Assembly (NCBI GenBank): GCA_008632985.1
Contig: QPGO01000042.1
Span: forward strand, 248,001-312,000
DNA from: Psammoneis japonica
Lineage: Eukaryota
Length of the DNA stretch: 64,000 bases
Direction of reading: 5' to 3'
Of this stretch, positions 1 to 12,146 are shown piece after piece (position 1 is the stretch's first letter; each line of letters starts with the position of its first letter). Both the position numbers and the translations under genes were made by a program. Below the pieces are notes generated by a model. That model ran no database searches. It was given only the letters and a program-made list of their open reading frames with translations, and had not been told where the DNA came from.

Positions 1-834
1 CCACGGCACAATGGCCTGTTGTTCATATGGAGAAAGGTGACGAGTAACCTAGAAACGACAAGGAAAACATTGACGTTTGTTAGAGGAGGAGTCGAAGTCA
101 AAACGGTACAGGGAGACCTCAAATTCGGCCAGTACCAGCAGACACGTAGAAAAGAACGCGCGGAGGACTCGGTGCCGTGCTGTCTCTTACCATTCCGTTA
201 TCACCTCTGACATGCTTCCACCACTTCACCATATGGGGGGAGACATCATAACGTGCCATTACGACACGGGAACGGGAAAACGCGGAAGGGACCATTGTCA
301 AGAGCGTATCGAACACAACATCCAAAAATATTGAGTATTGCTTCGCTTTTCGTCATGACGCGATGCTCATCGAAGGAAGGTCGGATCAAGGCGGATGACC
401 AGCAGACGTTAGCGAGCATCATTGATCGATTACTTCGACCAATCCATCTTCACAGGTACGTACAGTAATAACATATTAAAACATAAAGCAACCGTTCATT
501 TAACGACTTCTCATTATTTGATATTCAAATGTTAGAATGCAATATAAAGTGCATATATATTGATTTATGTTGGCTGTTTGAAAATCGAATCATTATTCTT
601 AAAGTCTAAGAAAAACATACGAATGACATCCTTCGTTGACACATGTATTGAAAACCGAAAAGCGTTGAGTTCTTCGACGCGATTCACATGCATCGGGTCA
701 AAACTTCGCGGGTCGCGGGCAACAACATGGACGTTGAACGACGGGATTGCTGAAGTAGCTTTGCCCCGTCTTGCCCGGTCTTACATTCAAACAGCAGAGT
801 GACAGGTATCGAGATAGAAACGAAGATAAGAATA

Positions 835-2419
835 ATGGTGATTGCCTGGGAAGAGCAGGTTGCATCAAACTGTCAGACTGGATTTCATGCCGCTCTTTCC
901 TACGACAACGTGGTCGCGGCGGGACCGCCAGCACGTCCTCTCGACTTCATAACGCCGACGGTGTCGAGAGCAGTGATAGTTTCAGTTCCTGTATACGATC
1001 ATCGCTCGGGTCTACTTCATAATTCCAAAAACGTGCTCATGAGAGTTGGGCGGTCTCGGGGCGGTGCTTTCATACCTCCGGATCGTGCCTTTTTGGTGCG
1101 AAAGCAGGTCGCTCGATCTATCTACGGCGTTGTGTATCAGTGTGTAGTACTGAAGAGAAGAGCTCGGACTCCTACAGAAGAGGGACGGCAAGAGAAAACT
1201 AGAATCCATCGAGCAAGTCGTTTTGACGCACCGATACGAGATGAGGACGTCGAGTGGGAATCAACAGAACAATTGGTAGCTGCAAAGGTGCGCACAGAGA
1301 ATCTTTCACGCGTCACAGCTTTTTCTTTGTTCGCTTTGTTTTCAATGATATCCTGGTGTCTCATCACTCTCATGTGTTTGCACTATTAGGTATCAAAGTG
1401 GTCCAAGATACGACATTTGCGGGGACAGCACCTGGAAGATCCAATCAAAGAGATCGCGGCATTGCAACTGGTAGGCGATTATCATCCCAACATCAGTGGC
1501 TCTATCGAAGCACTCCAAGACGAGGCGAATCTTTATGCGATACTACCCTACTGCTCGGGGGGTGATTTGTATGGCAGAATCTTTGGCACTACAGATCGAA
1601 AGAAGTCGCGGTCAGATCGCACATGCACGACATCCGGGACCGATCGAACTCTGGAACCGGGTAATCGAATAGACGAGGATCGTGCCCGCATTTGGTTTAG
1701 GCAACTGCTTCAAGTAAGAATCAATCAAGGCATATTCTCATTCGTTTTATTGCTTGAAATCGCTCTCGTTCTTAACTCTTTTTTTCCTTTTTCATCGTCG
1801 GATTCTTGGTCAGGGCCTATTTCACCTTCAGAAGAAGGGGGTTTGTCACCGGGACCTTTCGCTTGAAAACATTGTTGTAGACGATAACGACCGATTGAAA
1901 ATCATTGATTTCGGCATGAGCTTGAGAGTTCCATACACAGATTTGAGTAACGTGGGGTGCGTAACAGATGTATCGGCAGGCACTGTGCGGAGGCTTATGG
2001 TTCCGCAAGGACAAGGCGGAAAGCTAATGTATGTGTCTCCTGAAGTCCTCGAGGGAAACGAACCATTTGATGGGTTTGCTATTGATTTATGGGCCGCAGC
2101 TACCATATTGTTCATTATGCTTGTCGGGGTGGCGCCTTTCAAATGGGCAAACAATTCCGACAGACGGTTTACCAAGATTACCAGAGGACACTTGAAGAAA
2201 ATGCTGAACAAGATGGACATCAAACTTAGTGAAGAGGCTTGCGATTTGCTCCAAAATATGTTTTGGCGTGATCCGAGAAAGAGGCTTACGCTTGAAGGAG
2301 TGATGAAACATCCTTGGGTTCTAAACGGAGAGTTCACGTCGGAGATGTCTACCGGCACTGGAACCAAGAAAGGAAAGCTTCACGGCAGTCCCCTTGTGGG
2401 CAAGCTTGCTCACGTCTAA
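835..2419 (+). CDS. Ser/Thr protein kinase (CAMK-like), 3 exons
   Basis: Motifs VAAK, HRDLSLEN, DFG, GKLMYVSPE, DLWA. GT-AG introns 1288-1389 and 1714-1813 join the three ORFs in frame. Confidence 0.9.
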
Positions 2420-2695
2420 CTCATTATTGTTCGAATCATCTCTTTTCCTGTTTGGGGTGTGCGCTTTGGAAGTGCCACGAAAACATATTCATTCCGCAGT
2501 TTCTTTGACAACGAGCTCGCAGACTTTGAATCATTGCCACAGGCAAACTGACGCATTGAGAAAGCTGCAGAACACGAAAACCATCACGTATCTATAATAT
2601 GAAGAAACACGGCTAAGATTCAAATAATGCAGAAAAAAAATAGACTGACTCTCTAGAGTGGTATGACTGAAGTGTCCCAAGCTTGAATCTATCGT

Positions 2696-4147
2696 TTAAA
2701 GCTCTATTCCGTTGTTTTTTCGCCCTACACGTATCGAGACCTGAAAGCAAAGCACAAAAACGACGCTGTGATGTGAGAAAAACAAAATGACCATTATTTG
2801 CCGCAGTACTACTGTAGGATTGTTTCCGCTCACCTCGTTCCTTCTTCTCCACGGCGGCGTAAACGGGTCGTTGTATTGAGCCAGAGTAGCGGTCTCCCCT
2901 TTCTCGACTATCCATTCACTGTCTTTCGCAAGGTTCGAGAGAAGCTCGACCTTCTTCTGTTCAACATCTTTCTTTGAAGCAAAGCCTCCAAACATAATTG
3001 CTGCACGTTCGCCGCCATCTTTTCTCTCCAACTGTACGCCACTTCCTTGCAACGGCTTAGGTGCAGACTCTAAACCATCGTCTTTCCAGAATTCAGAAGG
3101 AAGGACAAATGCCATTTTCTTATCATCCCCTTCGCCTTCTGATATAACAGGAGTCGTCATTTTCATTGCCGTTGACTCTTCGTTCTTCCCAAAGAGATAC
3201 CCAGCTAGAGCACCAAACGAACTAGCCCCAGCAAGTTGCGGGCTTGAAATCTTTGCATCGGTCTTAGACGAGTCGGGAGGACGGGGCTTCTTCATTGAGA
3301 CAAAGCAAACAGAGAATGGCTCGTAGCTTCTTATCTCGTAACCCTTGCGACGAGCAAGGACAGTATACTCAGGGGTCTCGAGACCTGGAGGGAGGCGATT
3401 TTCCATGTCTTCAACTTTGAATGATGCTCTCAGATCTTTTCGGGCTGCACTTTCTAATACGGAAATTGCAGGTCTCCATCTTCTGCCGGAAACCTTGTTG
3501 GAAGTCGCTGCGTCTCCCTCTTCTTCGTCGTCACTCTCCGTGTTGGCGAGTGCACGTATCAAAACAATGAGTGATCGACGTCTCTGTCTTTGGTCGGCGT
3601 CGGGATCGTCCCCAAGACTTTCCTTCTCATCAGAAGATGGTGTTGATATATCCAGTACACGACGAAGCGACGCGAGACGAGCACGACGCGAAAATCTTGC
3701 TAGTTGTCGAAACTTTGTCCAAAACGGAAGTGTTGCTGTCCCTCCGTTTTCAGATTGAATCCCCGCTGGGCCATCGACTGACTCCAACAGGTCATTCAAA
3801 AATCTCTCAATATCTTCTTGAGGTGCGTTGTCTTTTCGCATGCCATTCAGTTCGTCGAGCAAAACCGCAGCAGAAGAAGAATTAAAGCGAAGGGCATCGT
3901 CCAGAAGTGCTAGACGTTCATGGCTTGTATTGAGGTTCCCTCGTGTATCGTCTGTAGCTGGGGTTCCGCTTTGCGATGGACTATTACTAGTAGTGCTAAA
4001 GATCGGGGACACGGATTTGACAAACAGTAAATCGAGCGGATTAGCTCCGAGAGGCTGGTTTAGAAAGGATTTCGGGACGAAGCATGACACTGGTAAAAGA
4101 TGAGCCAAGAAACAGACTGCGACGCAGACAGATGCTCTGTTTCGCAT
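2696..4147 (-). CDS. SOUL heme-binding family protein, probably plastid-targeted
   Basis: SOUL motifs LETPEY, YEIRSY, FGALAGYLFGKN, MKMTTPV, AQYNDPFTPPWRRRNEV. N-terminal signal peptide followed by F (VSC-FVP). Intron about 2741-2833. Confidence 0.9.
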   Translation of the reverse strand: MRNRASVCVAVCFLAHLLPVSCFVPKSFLNQPLGANPLDLLFVKSVSPIFSTTSNSPSQSGTPATDDTRGNLNTSHERLALLDDALRFNSSSAAVLLDELNGMRKDNAPQEDIERFLNDLLESVDGPAGIQSENGGTATLPFWTKFRQLARFSRRARLASLRRVLDISTPSSDEKESLGDDPDADQRQRRRSLIVLIRALANTESDDEEEGDAATSNKVSGRRWRPAISVLESAARKDLRASFKVEDMENRLPPGLETPEYTVLARRKGYEIRSYEPFSVCFVSMKKPRPPDSSKTDAKISSPQLAGASSFGALAGYLFGKNEESTAMKMTTPVISEGEGDDKKMAFVLPSEFWKDDGLESAPKPLQGSGVQLERKDGGERAAIMFGGFASKKDVEQKKVELLSNLAKDSEWIVEKGETATLAQYNDPFTPPWRRRNEVSGNNPTVVLRQIMVILFFSHHSVVFVLCFQVSIRVGRKNNGIEL

Positions 4148-4682
4148 CTTCTTTCTCGGGTAAATAATTTAGACGTAGTTTCAGTGAAAGGGACTACGAG
4201 ATGCAAAACGAAGCGAGGCGACAGCGAACTGACATGGATAGGGAGGCATGCGACTTTCAACTTGAGATTTGGTGCCGCTGGTTATTGTCAAAGTTCCGTT
4301 TATTTCGCCATTGCGCCGCCGCAATGAGCTGGCCGCACAACCGCACAACGCACAAATCTGAAATCTTGAGGGTACCCCTAACCCTATGATAAGTGTATTT
4401 TTTCTTGCGTTACCGCTGCCGTCACGAACTTTTTCATTCGGAGCGGGGATGATGGATCAACCAGTCACCTGCCCACGGACTGAAATCGCATTCTCAAGCT
4501 GGAAGAGCGAGAGTCCAAAAGCCTTGTGTCGTTGTTTAACAAAATATACATCACACTATGTGAAGAAAGAAAATAGGCGCCTCTCTCTCTAGGTAGAGAG
4601 GGCTCTCTAGATAGAGCCAGAGAGTAGGTATAATCCAAGCTAGAGTGGTTATATATAATCAATTGCTTTACTTCAACAGTTT

Positions 4683-5123
4683 TTACGCCTTTCGAAAACC
4701 CAGTCCATTCTCTTCGCCGTATCTTTCCATGAATCGCATAAATCGATCCCACTCCTCTGGTGATTTCATGACGTAGGTCGATTCAATAGCCTGGGGTTTC
4801 CCATTTGCAAACCGAGCATTGACATCGGTCGTCGATATTTCGCCCTCTTCGTCTGACATAAACATGCCCGTGATCTCCCCTTGTGCAGCCGTCGATGCAT
4901 CAAATACATTGGGAGAAATGAAAGTAAAGCTTGCGATACCGGAAGACCCATCACGAGCGCGAGTCAACTTCACGTCGGGGACGACTTTTTCCTGCAACCC
5001 ACGAACAAACTCAATCTGGGCGTTAAGATCTGTCGCCATACGTGACGTGAAGGTCGTAGGAGCGACCGGTGCAAAGGCCTTGGCGCCTGAGACAAATAGT
5101 GCTACGAAAGTGGCGGTCTTCAT
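4683..5123 (-). CDS. psb28: Photosystem II assembly factor Psb28, nucleus-encoded with bipartite plastid presequence
   Basis: Mature part [48 protein letters not shown] is characteristic of Psb28. Presequence [19 protein letters not shown]. Confidence 0.95.
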   Translation of the reverse strand: MKTATFVALFVSGAKAFAPVAPTTFTSRMATDLNAQIEFVRGLQEKVVPDVKLTRARDGSSGIASFTFISPNVFDASTAAQGEITGMFMSDEEGEISTTDVNARFANGKPQAIESTYVMKSPEEWDRFMRFMERYGEENGLGFRKA

Positions 5124-5783
5124 TTTCCGTGGATGAAAGGTTGACTTGCAAAGGTTTGACAATGGCGTCTTGCGGGAGGGTGTTTGAGGATGAAAATGTG
5201 AAAAGACCAGTGACAATTTTTGGAGAGAGGATGACTGCGACGTGATAGTTTCGAGTCAGGAAGTGGAGTCAGTGTTCAGTGTGGTGGTGAAGTTAATGAG
5301 TTCGTTGTTTCGTCATCGCGGCAGCAATCAGCAAAGCGTGTTGTTGATGAGCCGCCACTGCTCACGCACACGGGAACACGTACGTCAGCGTTAATTCCCG
5401 TTATGAATTTTAACGGATAGATACATACCAAAAAATAGAAATTTTGAAAGTGTAGTGGAAAGTTCCCTCCAACGTCTGTATGTCGTCAGCAGAGGGGCAA
5501 AACTGAAACAACGACCAACGACGACCGTACCGATCGACAACAGCGGTTTCAAGTTTCGTCTACGTCTATCGGCACCGCTACATTATTATACCGGTAGCGA
5601 GGAGTCTTGTCTGTAGAACAAGTGAATCTGACGACAATATCGTGCTGAAGTCCAGTGTACTATTTCGAAACTAAGGCGAAGTCGCAAGAATTTTCCGCTT
5701 CAACCAATACAGTAGGGCCTTATCCTTTCTCGCCATTTTTCGAGAAGATTCGATCGGGGAGGTCCGTGGAAATCTAATCGAGA

Positions 5784-7309
5784 ATGGCATGTTACTTTCG
5801 AACTTTTTTCGCGGATAAGCTAGAATCAGATACAAGAGATGCATCTTTTTTGGTGACGCTTCCGGGAATCGACGGCTCGTTCGGCTTGCTGCTCCCCAGC
5901 TTGTCTTTCTGGGTGCAACTCACACAGGTAAAAAGAACATTCTTCGGGAAAGAGGAATATGGGTGGTCCTATTTTCCCAATACTTACCCAGCAGACTTCT
6001 TTCGCTACCTTCGTTCATTTCTGCAGATTTTGATGATTCAGACTATAATCAACGTCGCTCTTGCTGTTTTCGTTTTCCATTTCATCATTCGAAATCGAGG
6101 TGAAGCGTCTGCGTTCATCATTGGTTATGGAGTTGTCATTCCATTTGTGCTCGCCTTGCCCTACTACATTATTGAAGAATTTGATCTTCGGAACATGACT
6201 TTCATGGTCAGCGTAGCCTCTATACCCACTCTCGCAGTCTTTCGGTGCCTTGAAGGTAAGGCATTGGGCTCGTACTAGAGATGTCTTTGCTTTCTTCTCT
6301 CACCGTCGTTCTTGAACAGCAATGCACGGGACATCACCCCCCGTAGTAGAAAAAGACATGCGTAGTTACTGCGCTTACTATAGTGCGGTAATTCAATTTC
6401 GATTCGACTCCAATACAAAGGAAGTATCAAAGGCAACAAGAGACGAAATTCTCAAAAAGGCGCGCAAGTTTCTTACCAAATTCCTAATGCTGGGAGTCCT
6501 GTACAGCATCTTGATTCCGTCAGCGTACATGCCATTTCCTTCTCCCATATCCTTGAGAAATGATCATTATTCATTCTGGCACTTTCTTGACTGGGGCCAC
6601 GTCCTCAACAACCTTCTCCTTGCGTGTAAGTGCTATCAACCGTCAATATTGGTGCCGAAACTGTTTCTCTGACAGATACTGACATCAATATTTTAGATTT
6701 AACACATCTGAGCCTTGACACCGGAAGTATTGGAGTTGGGCTCGGCATCTCTTTAATTTCAGGACGCAGTACAATGTACTTGAATGACAACCCCCTGTTT
6801 GCATCGACATCAATATCTGAGTTTTGGGGGCGGCGTTGGAACCGACTCGTACATGGAGTACTGAAGGTATGGCTCGCACTTTCGTGTTTCTGTCATAAAC
6901 GTGTGACTTTTGATTGACTTACAAGTCTGTCGGTTTTAAATGATTTTGGAGAGAGGGGTGTTTATACCTGTGAGACGGTACGGCTCCAAACCCATTGCAG
7001 CGGCTTTTTTCAGTCGTTGCCTTGAAACATGAGCGTGATCTAAGTGAAAACAATCTCGAGTACACTCCACGCTATGGAAAACACCTTTCTTTTTTTGCGT
7101 GGAATGCGGCCATGATGGTTATTGAACAACTCTCAAGGGGGTCCTCACTATTGAAGTGGATGGAGCAATGTCTTCCGCGCCCCGTAATCACCATGCTTGT
7201 CATCATGACAGTGCTTCCCGTATCACACTGGTTTACACACGAGTATGTCGCCAGCGGTTTCTACACGGATTTTTCTTATGGTTTCCCCCTTATTGTTCGA
7301 GTATCATAG
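5784..7309 (+). CDS. Membrane-bound O-acyltransferase (MBOAT_2 / wax-synthase-like), multi-exon; possible lesion near 7000
   Basis: Hydrophobic ORFs separated by GT-AG introns. Motif NPLFASTSISEFWGRRWNRLVHGVLK-RGVFIPVR is typical of MBOAT_2. Confidence 0.8.
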
Positions 7310-7400
7310 GCGGACATGACGCTGTGTCTCTCCCTGAAGTAACGTGAATGATTTTTTTTTTCAAAACATGGCCACTCTAGTTTTGCTTATTATTCCACTT

Positions 7401-8760
7401 TTACACAGATTGATGTGACGTTCCATGTCGATTTTTCTCTAACGCCTCGAGAACGCCTCTAACGTTCTGTTTCCACAAATCAAGTTGCACCTGTAGCGCT
7501 TTCCATTCGTCCATACCAAATCGTCTTACGACACTCCTCTCCACCATCACACTCTTTTGAAGTTGATCCATTTTTGCAGAGAGAAGTCCGCTTGAAACTG
7601 CAGCAATCACCCATGATTCTACTTCGCCATCTGACGGCAGCTGCAGGGTTTGCGCCACCGTGGAGTATGGGATCTCCTCGTGTTCTGAGGCGAGCGAACA
7701 CAAGCTCAAAATTCGCATATATCTAACACATTCTTCTCCCGACAAACCCCACGGATCCAGGACAGCGTCTTCGCCTCCATTATCCTTGATAAAAGCTTGG
7801 TAATCTTCCAGTTTTTGTTCCTGGAAAACCGTCAAAAGTCCGTGTAATTTTTGCGTCTCAGAATTTTTCGCAAGAGCCTTAATGGCAGGCATTGTTAGCA
7901 TGCTACGTTGATGAGAGAAGAGAGTCACAGGGTCTTGAATTGCACCAATCGCAGCTTTCTTTGCCGCTTCAATTCCATCTTCATCTACTTGCGACTGGAA
8001 AAAGGAATGAGAAAAAAGTTGAAAAAAAGTGAGGGGAGTGAAGTCGAAAGCCTTTCTCGAAAGATTCCGTTTTACGCACCTCGTCGTCATAAGTGTCCGC
8101 CAACAATAGTGTAAATCGTTGTTTTCGGGCCACGGAATCTGGAATGCTATCAGCTACCGCTCTGTAAAGCGCACGTCTGTCTGCGGATGGCACGCCCCAT
8201 GAGTCCAACAGGGTGACAAAAGCGGGGACTGACGATGCTTCCTTGTCGGTAAGAAGATCACCAAGTGGTTGTCCTGAGGAGAGCATCTCAGGCTCATTGG
8301 CGCCAGCAAGTTTTACCATCCGCGCCATGAGGTCACATTTTTCTCGACCGTCTGACCTAAGGTTGTACAGAGCCGACAACAAGATGACACGCCGCTTTGC
8401 TTGCTCAGCTTCGCTTTTCTCTTCATTTCCCTTGCTATTGACAACAGCGTCTGCTAAAGAGATAGCTAAACCAGCTGCTTCATCGACTTGTTCTTCGGGA
8501 ACACGATCCAACAGCGCAGCCAGCAACGAGAATGCCGACACAGCTTCATCAAGAGGTTCGAGAACAAAGAGTGCAGCAATAGCACCTTCATCATTCACAA
8601 TAGTCCTCAGAAGTCCCAAGGCGTCACTTTGAACCATGCATGATTCACAATCCTGGACAAACGTTTTACTTATCAAGTTGGAAGGCGCTGCCTCAGCCAA
8701 CAGCCGGACCAAGCGAATTTCAGCGTCTTCCGCCACGTTCACGAGCGTTGATGAAACCAT
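7401..8760 (-). CDS. EIF3M: Translation initiation factor 3 subunit M (PCI domain)
   Basis: C-terminal PCI domain MRILSLCSLA..IPYSTVAQTL..EVESWVIAAVSSGLLSAKMDQ..RRFGMDEWKAL..LDLWKQNV. Intron about 7995-8079. Confidence 0.85.
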
Positions 8761-9336
8761 TTTGCGCGCGACTATCGAAACAAAGATTTCTTTCAGAACT
8801 CAGGCAATGGCAGCTCTCGAACAAAAGTAGACGCCTTTCCTCTACCTGAAGGCGAGCTAGTAGATAACTTTGCAGTGTCTAACCTCGACGGTGAAACAAC
8901 ACAGTGGCGACGCCGTGGTGGGTATTTTCATTTCGGTTGTTGTCGCGTTGATGGTCGGTCCGTGCCTCCTCCATGAGTGTGCGGCAGAGGAGAGGTTGGA
9001 AAATCTCATAACCTAATTTTAAATATAACATTCAATGTTGAAGGTTGCATAATGTCTCAACGGTCACGCAGCTGGTATCTACCCTACTCAGATTTCACGC
9101 ACGTACAATTTGTAGCCAATTTTCATTTTTCTACACGCGCCAACGCAACGCATTATCCACGAGTGAACGAGGCGAAGTCGCGGTTGCGTGTTCTATTCTG
9201 TGCATTGACGAACAAACTCAAAACACTTTAGGCCTACTGTTCTGAGTTCATTGAAAGAGCCAGGCATTGTATTAATCAAGTTTGGTCGCTTGGTATCCCA
9301 TAAGTTATTCAAAGAAGAACACGTGAGGAATATACA

Positions 9337-10107
9337 ATGTCGTGTTGGTCCGAGCCCACCGCAAAAGACGCCTTTCGAATGTCGTGGGTCAGTGTCATTG
9401 TGACGCTGGCGGCCGCAATTTTTGGTATAGGAGTATTTTTCGCATACAACTCAGCTTTGGTCCTGGTTTTTGGTTTGGAGAACTGTGTCGATCTCATGTC
9501 ATCGTTGGTCGTTCTCTGGAGATTCTACTGTCCGCACGAGCTTACGGAAGAGACTGAGAAACATCTCAAGAAGCGAGAAAAGCGAGCGAGCATTGCGATT
9601 TCTTTTGTTCTGGCGCTGCTGGGCATTGGCATTGTAGGCGCCGCCATTGCCGATTTTGCGAGAGGCCAAGAAGATGTTGAAGACTACAAGATCATCATTG
9701 GCATTTCGCTTGTCTCCGTTATCATCTTTGGCATTCTGGCCATTTTCAAATTTCATTACTCCATCGCACTCGAATCTGCGTCTCTTTACAAAGACGGAGT
9801 CTGTTCTTTAATTGGAGCTACTCTTGCGGGAGCTCTTTTTATCAACACTCTCATTATCGATAGTGCTCCAGGAGCTTGGTGGATAGATCCTGCTGTAGCT
9901 CTCGCCTGTGGTGTTGTTTCATTCATTATTGGTATGTACTCCATAATTGTCGCAGGTTGCAAACAAGGAATTCCAATCTGGTCGCCTTCTTGGTGGGTGT
10001 TGAGTCAAGGAGACGGAACTGATGAAGTGATGGGGCGGGAACTTGGACCAGAGGATCTAGAACCAAAAGCAGAGGAAGTTAAGGTTCAAATGAGCAATGT
10101 CATTTAG
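9337..10107 (+). CDS. TMEM163-like cation (Zn) efflux membrane protein
   Basis: About six TM segments. Motifs FGLENCVDLMSSLVVLWRF, REKRASIAI, SLYKDG, WWIDPAVA. Confidence 0.75.
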   Translation: MSCWSEPTAKDAFRMSWVSVIVTLAAAIFGIGVFFAYNSALVLVFGLENCVDLMSSLVVLWRFYCPHELTEETEKHLKKREKRASIAISFVLALLGIGIVGAAIADFARGQEDVEDYKIIIGISLVSVIIFGILAIFKFHYSIALESASLYKDGVCSLIGATLAGALFINTLIIDSAPGAWWIDPAVALACGVVSFIIGMYSIIVAGCKQGIPIWSPSWWVLSQGDGTDEVMGRELGPEDLEPKAEEVKVQMSNVI

Positions 10108-10206
10108 ATAGCCGCTGCACGTAAAGCGACACACAACGTTTGCATACTGATACATGAGGAAATAAATTTGCAATAATGACCTAGGCTTTCTCTCTAATAT
10201 CTAGCT

Positions 10207-11700
10207 CTAGCTAGAGGTGCCTAATCCGCCTAGTTGCCACGCCTGCCAGGCGGCGTTCTCACGATAAATTCTGCCTGCGACAGCAGTCGAAGTTTCGCGT
10301 TTCACTTGAGATCCGAACGGGTTGTCCTCAGGTTTCCACAGCCGTCTTCGATCGATTTCTCCATGTTTCTCCTCAAGAGGAAACGAGTTCTTCAATACGT
10401 CTTCAACTGTATTCGCGTCCTCATCAGCCTCTTCGCGAGTGTAAGAAGTAATGACAAAAGGAGTCGCCCACGATGCAGCGTTGAGCGCCTCCAAAGTCGG
10501 GCGCCACTCATTGTAGCCCCAGATTCCTGCGTTAAATGCCACTGCTATGTCCGGTTGTAACCATGATTGTACTTCTTTACCATTATTCTCTCGAGCCATC
10601 CAATCGTCGTAGACTCCCACATAGAAAGAGGCGGTGGCTGACTGGAGACGACCTGTTGCTGCGGAAGTCGGCATTAGATCGACCACTCTCGACGAGGCGG
10701 AGACAGGAAGATTGGGCCCAATAAGTTGAAAGAGAATGCGAGAAGGAGAATCTTTCATAGCACCAATCCAACGAACCAGTGGTCCAAAGAGAACCCGAAC
10801 TCGATCGTCGGAGTCGCATTCCACTGGATCAGCGCCAACTACATGTATTACCAGTGTTTCTGGTGACGAAGCAAAGCATCCAATACGGCAAAGCGCTTCT
10901 GCAATTGTAGCAGAACGAGAGAGATTGGCTGTTGCACGAATCGCTTTGGGAGTTAGCCTTCGAAAGGCAGCCAACGGCGTAGCAGGGATTACATCATGCT
11001 TCTTTGGGACCAATTCCTTTCGTTTCTGCTTCTCGCTTCCCTTGTCAAGATTTGTCGTCAAATCTGGAGCTCTGAGCCTTATTGATTCTACAGCTCGTAA
11101 CACTGCGTCAGCATCTATGGGGGGTAATTCGCGTTCAACTTGAGGTGCGTCAGGTAGAGTCACGGTGTCCTCAACGATCTCAGAACTCGTATCTCCCCTA
11201 TCGTCATTATCATCATGGGCATTATCGCCACCATTCACTTCTATCGGAGTATCTTCCATTTCTCTTGACCTTTCTCCAGCGCGTATTGTCATTGCATATT
11301 CTCTTTCCAAGGAAGAAAGTGCGTCGTCAGCCAAAGCTCGAAAGTCTCCTCCTAAAGAACTTCCTCTTGACTGCTGTGAGGGCGAATCTTCGGCACCTAC
11401 CCCATCACCACTTCCAGACTCTTCATCTCCTTGTGCGGGGTGAAACGCGCTCAAATCTGCAAAAAAGACGCCTCCCTCTCCTTGATGTGAATCATCGTTT
11501 TCGGAAGTGGGGAACGCAACAAACATTGCCTGCCCACCGAGGTCAGTCAAAGGCGAATATCCCTCCATCGCTGCGGTCCACTCAGTGGCATTAGTAGCCA
11601 CCATTTCTTGAGTGGGTTCCTCCTGATCATTGTCGCCGATGAGGCTATCATCTGGGTCGTCGCCAGACCGCGACGAGGCGTCTTGGGGGGGCATTGCCAA
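10207..11700 (-). CDS. Protein with MSS51/ZMYND15-like C-terminal domain and acidic low-complexity N-terminus
   Basis: 497-aa ORF. Motifs IHVVGA, LIGP, PDIAVAFNAG, W..TL, ITSY..EA..D, NPF. Confidence 0.65.
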   Translation of the reverse strand: MAMPPQDASSRSGDDPDDSLIGDNDQEEPTQEMVATNATEWTAAMEGYSPLTDLGGQAMFVAFPTSENDDSHQGEGGVFFADLSAFHPAQGDEESGSGDGVGAEDSPSQQSRGSSLGGDFRALADDALSSLEREYAMTIRAGERSREMEDTPIEVNGGDNAHDDNDDRGDTSSEIVEDTVTLPDAPQVERELPPIDADAVLRAVESIRLRAPDLTTNLDKGSEKQKRKELVPKKHDVIPATPLAAFRRLTPKAIRATANLSRSATIAEALCRIGCFASSPETLVIHVVGADPVECDSDDRVRVLFGPLVRWIGAMKDSPSRILFQLIGPNLPVSASSRVVDLMPTSAATGRLQSATASFYVGVYDDWMARENNGKEVQSWLQPDIAVAFNAGIWGYNEWRPTLEALNAASWATPFVITSYTREEADEDANTVEDVLKNSFPLEEKHGEIDRRRLWKPEDNPFGSQVKRETSTAVAGRIYRENAAWQAWQLGGLGTSS

Positions 11701-12146
11701 ACACTAAACTGCCTTCGCTGATTTTTGACTTGCTTCATCGTCATCGTTTTCGCGCATGAGAACTCAGAAGCGCAACGATGATGTAGTCGAATGATTCGAA
11801 ACGGTATTGAGCCGCGCGGAGTGTCACACGAAATTGCGCGCGAGATTCCTGTCCGCTGAAGCAAGATTCAACGACAACGCTTGAACGCCGACTGTCGACT
11901 GTGAAGACAAGGTGATGACTGGAGGAGCAGCAGTGGCATACCGTAGAGTCAGAGTTTGATCCAAGAAGAAGTAGTAAAAGCCAGGAAAAAAGCACTCGAG
12001 AATTGAAAGCTCTAGTAGCGAAACGGTATTTTCCATAGAGACACCATACCTGCGGCTAAGCTGCGCCAAACTTGCTATAAGTTGACACTCGCCCTCGCAT
12101 TGGCGTCAGCAGACTGAAACGAACTTGAAAAACTCAAGCTACAGAC

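Noticed and set aside
1..800. Short ORFs at the window start as genes
   Set aside because: No recognisable motifs. They could be the tail of an upstream gene or UTR, but this cannot be supported.
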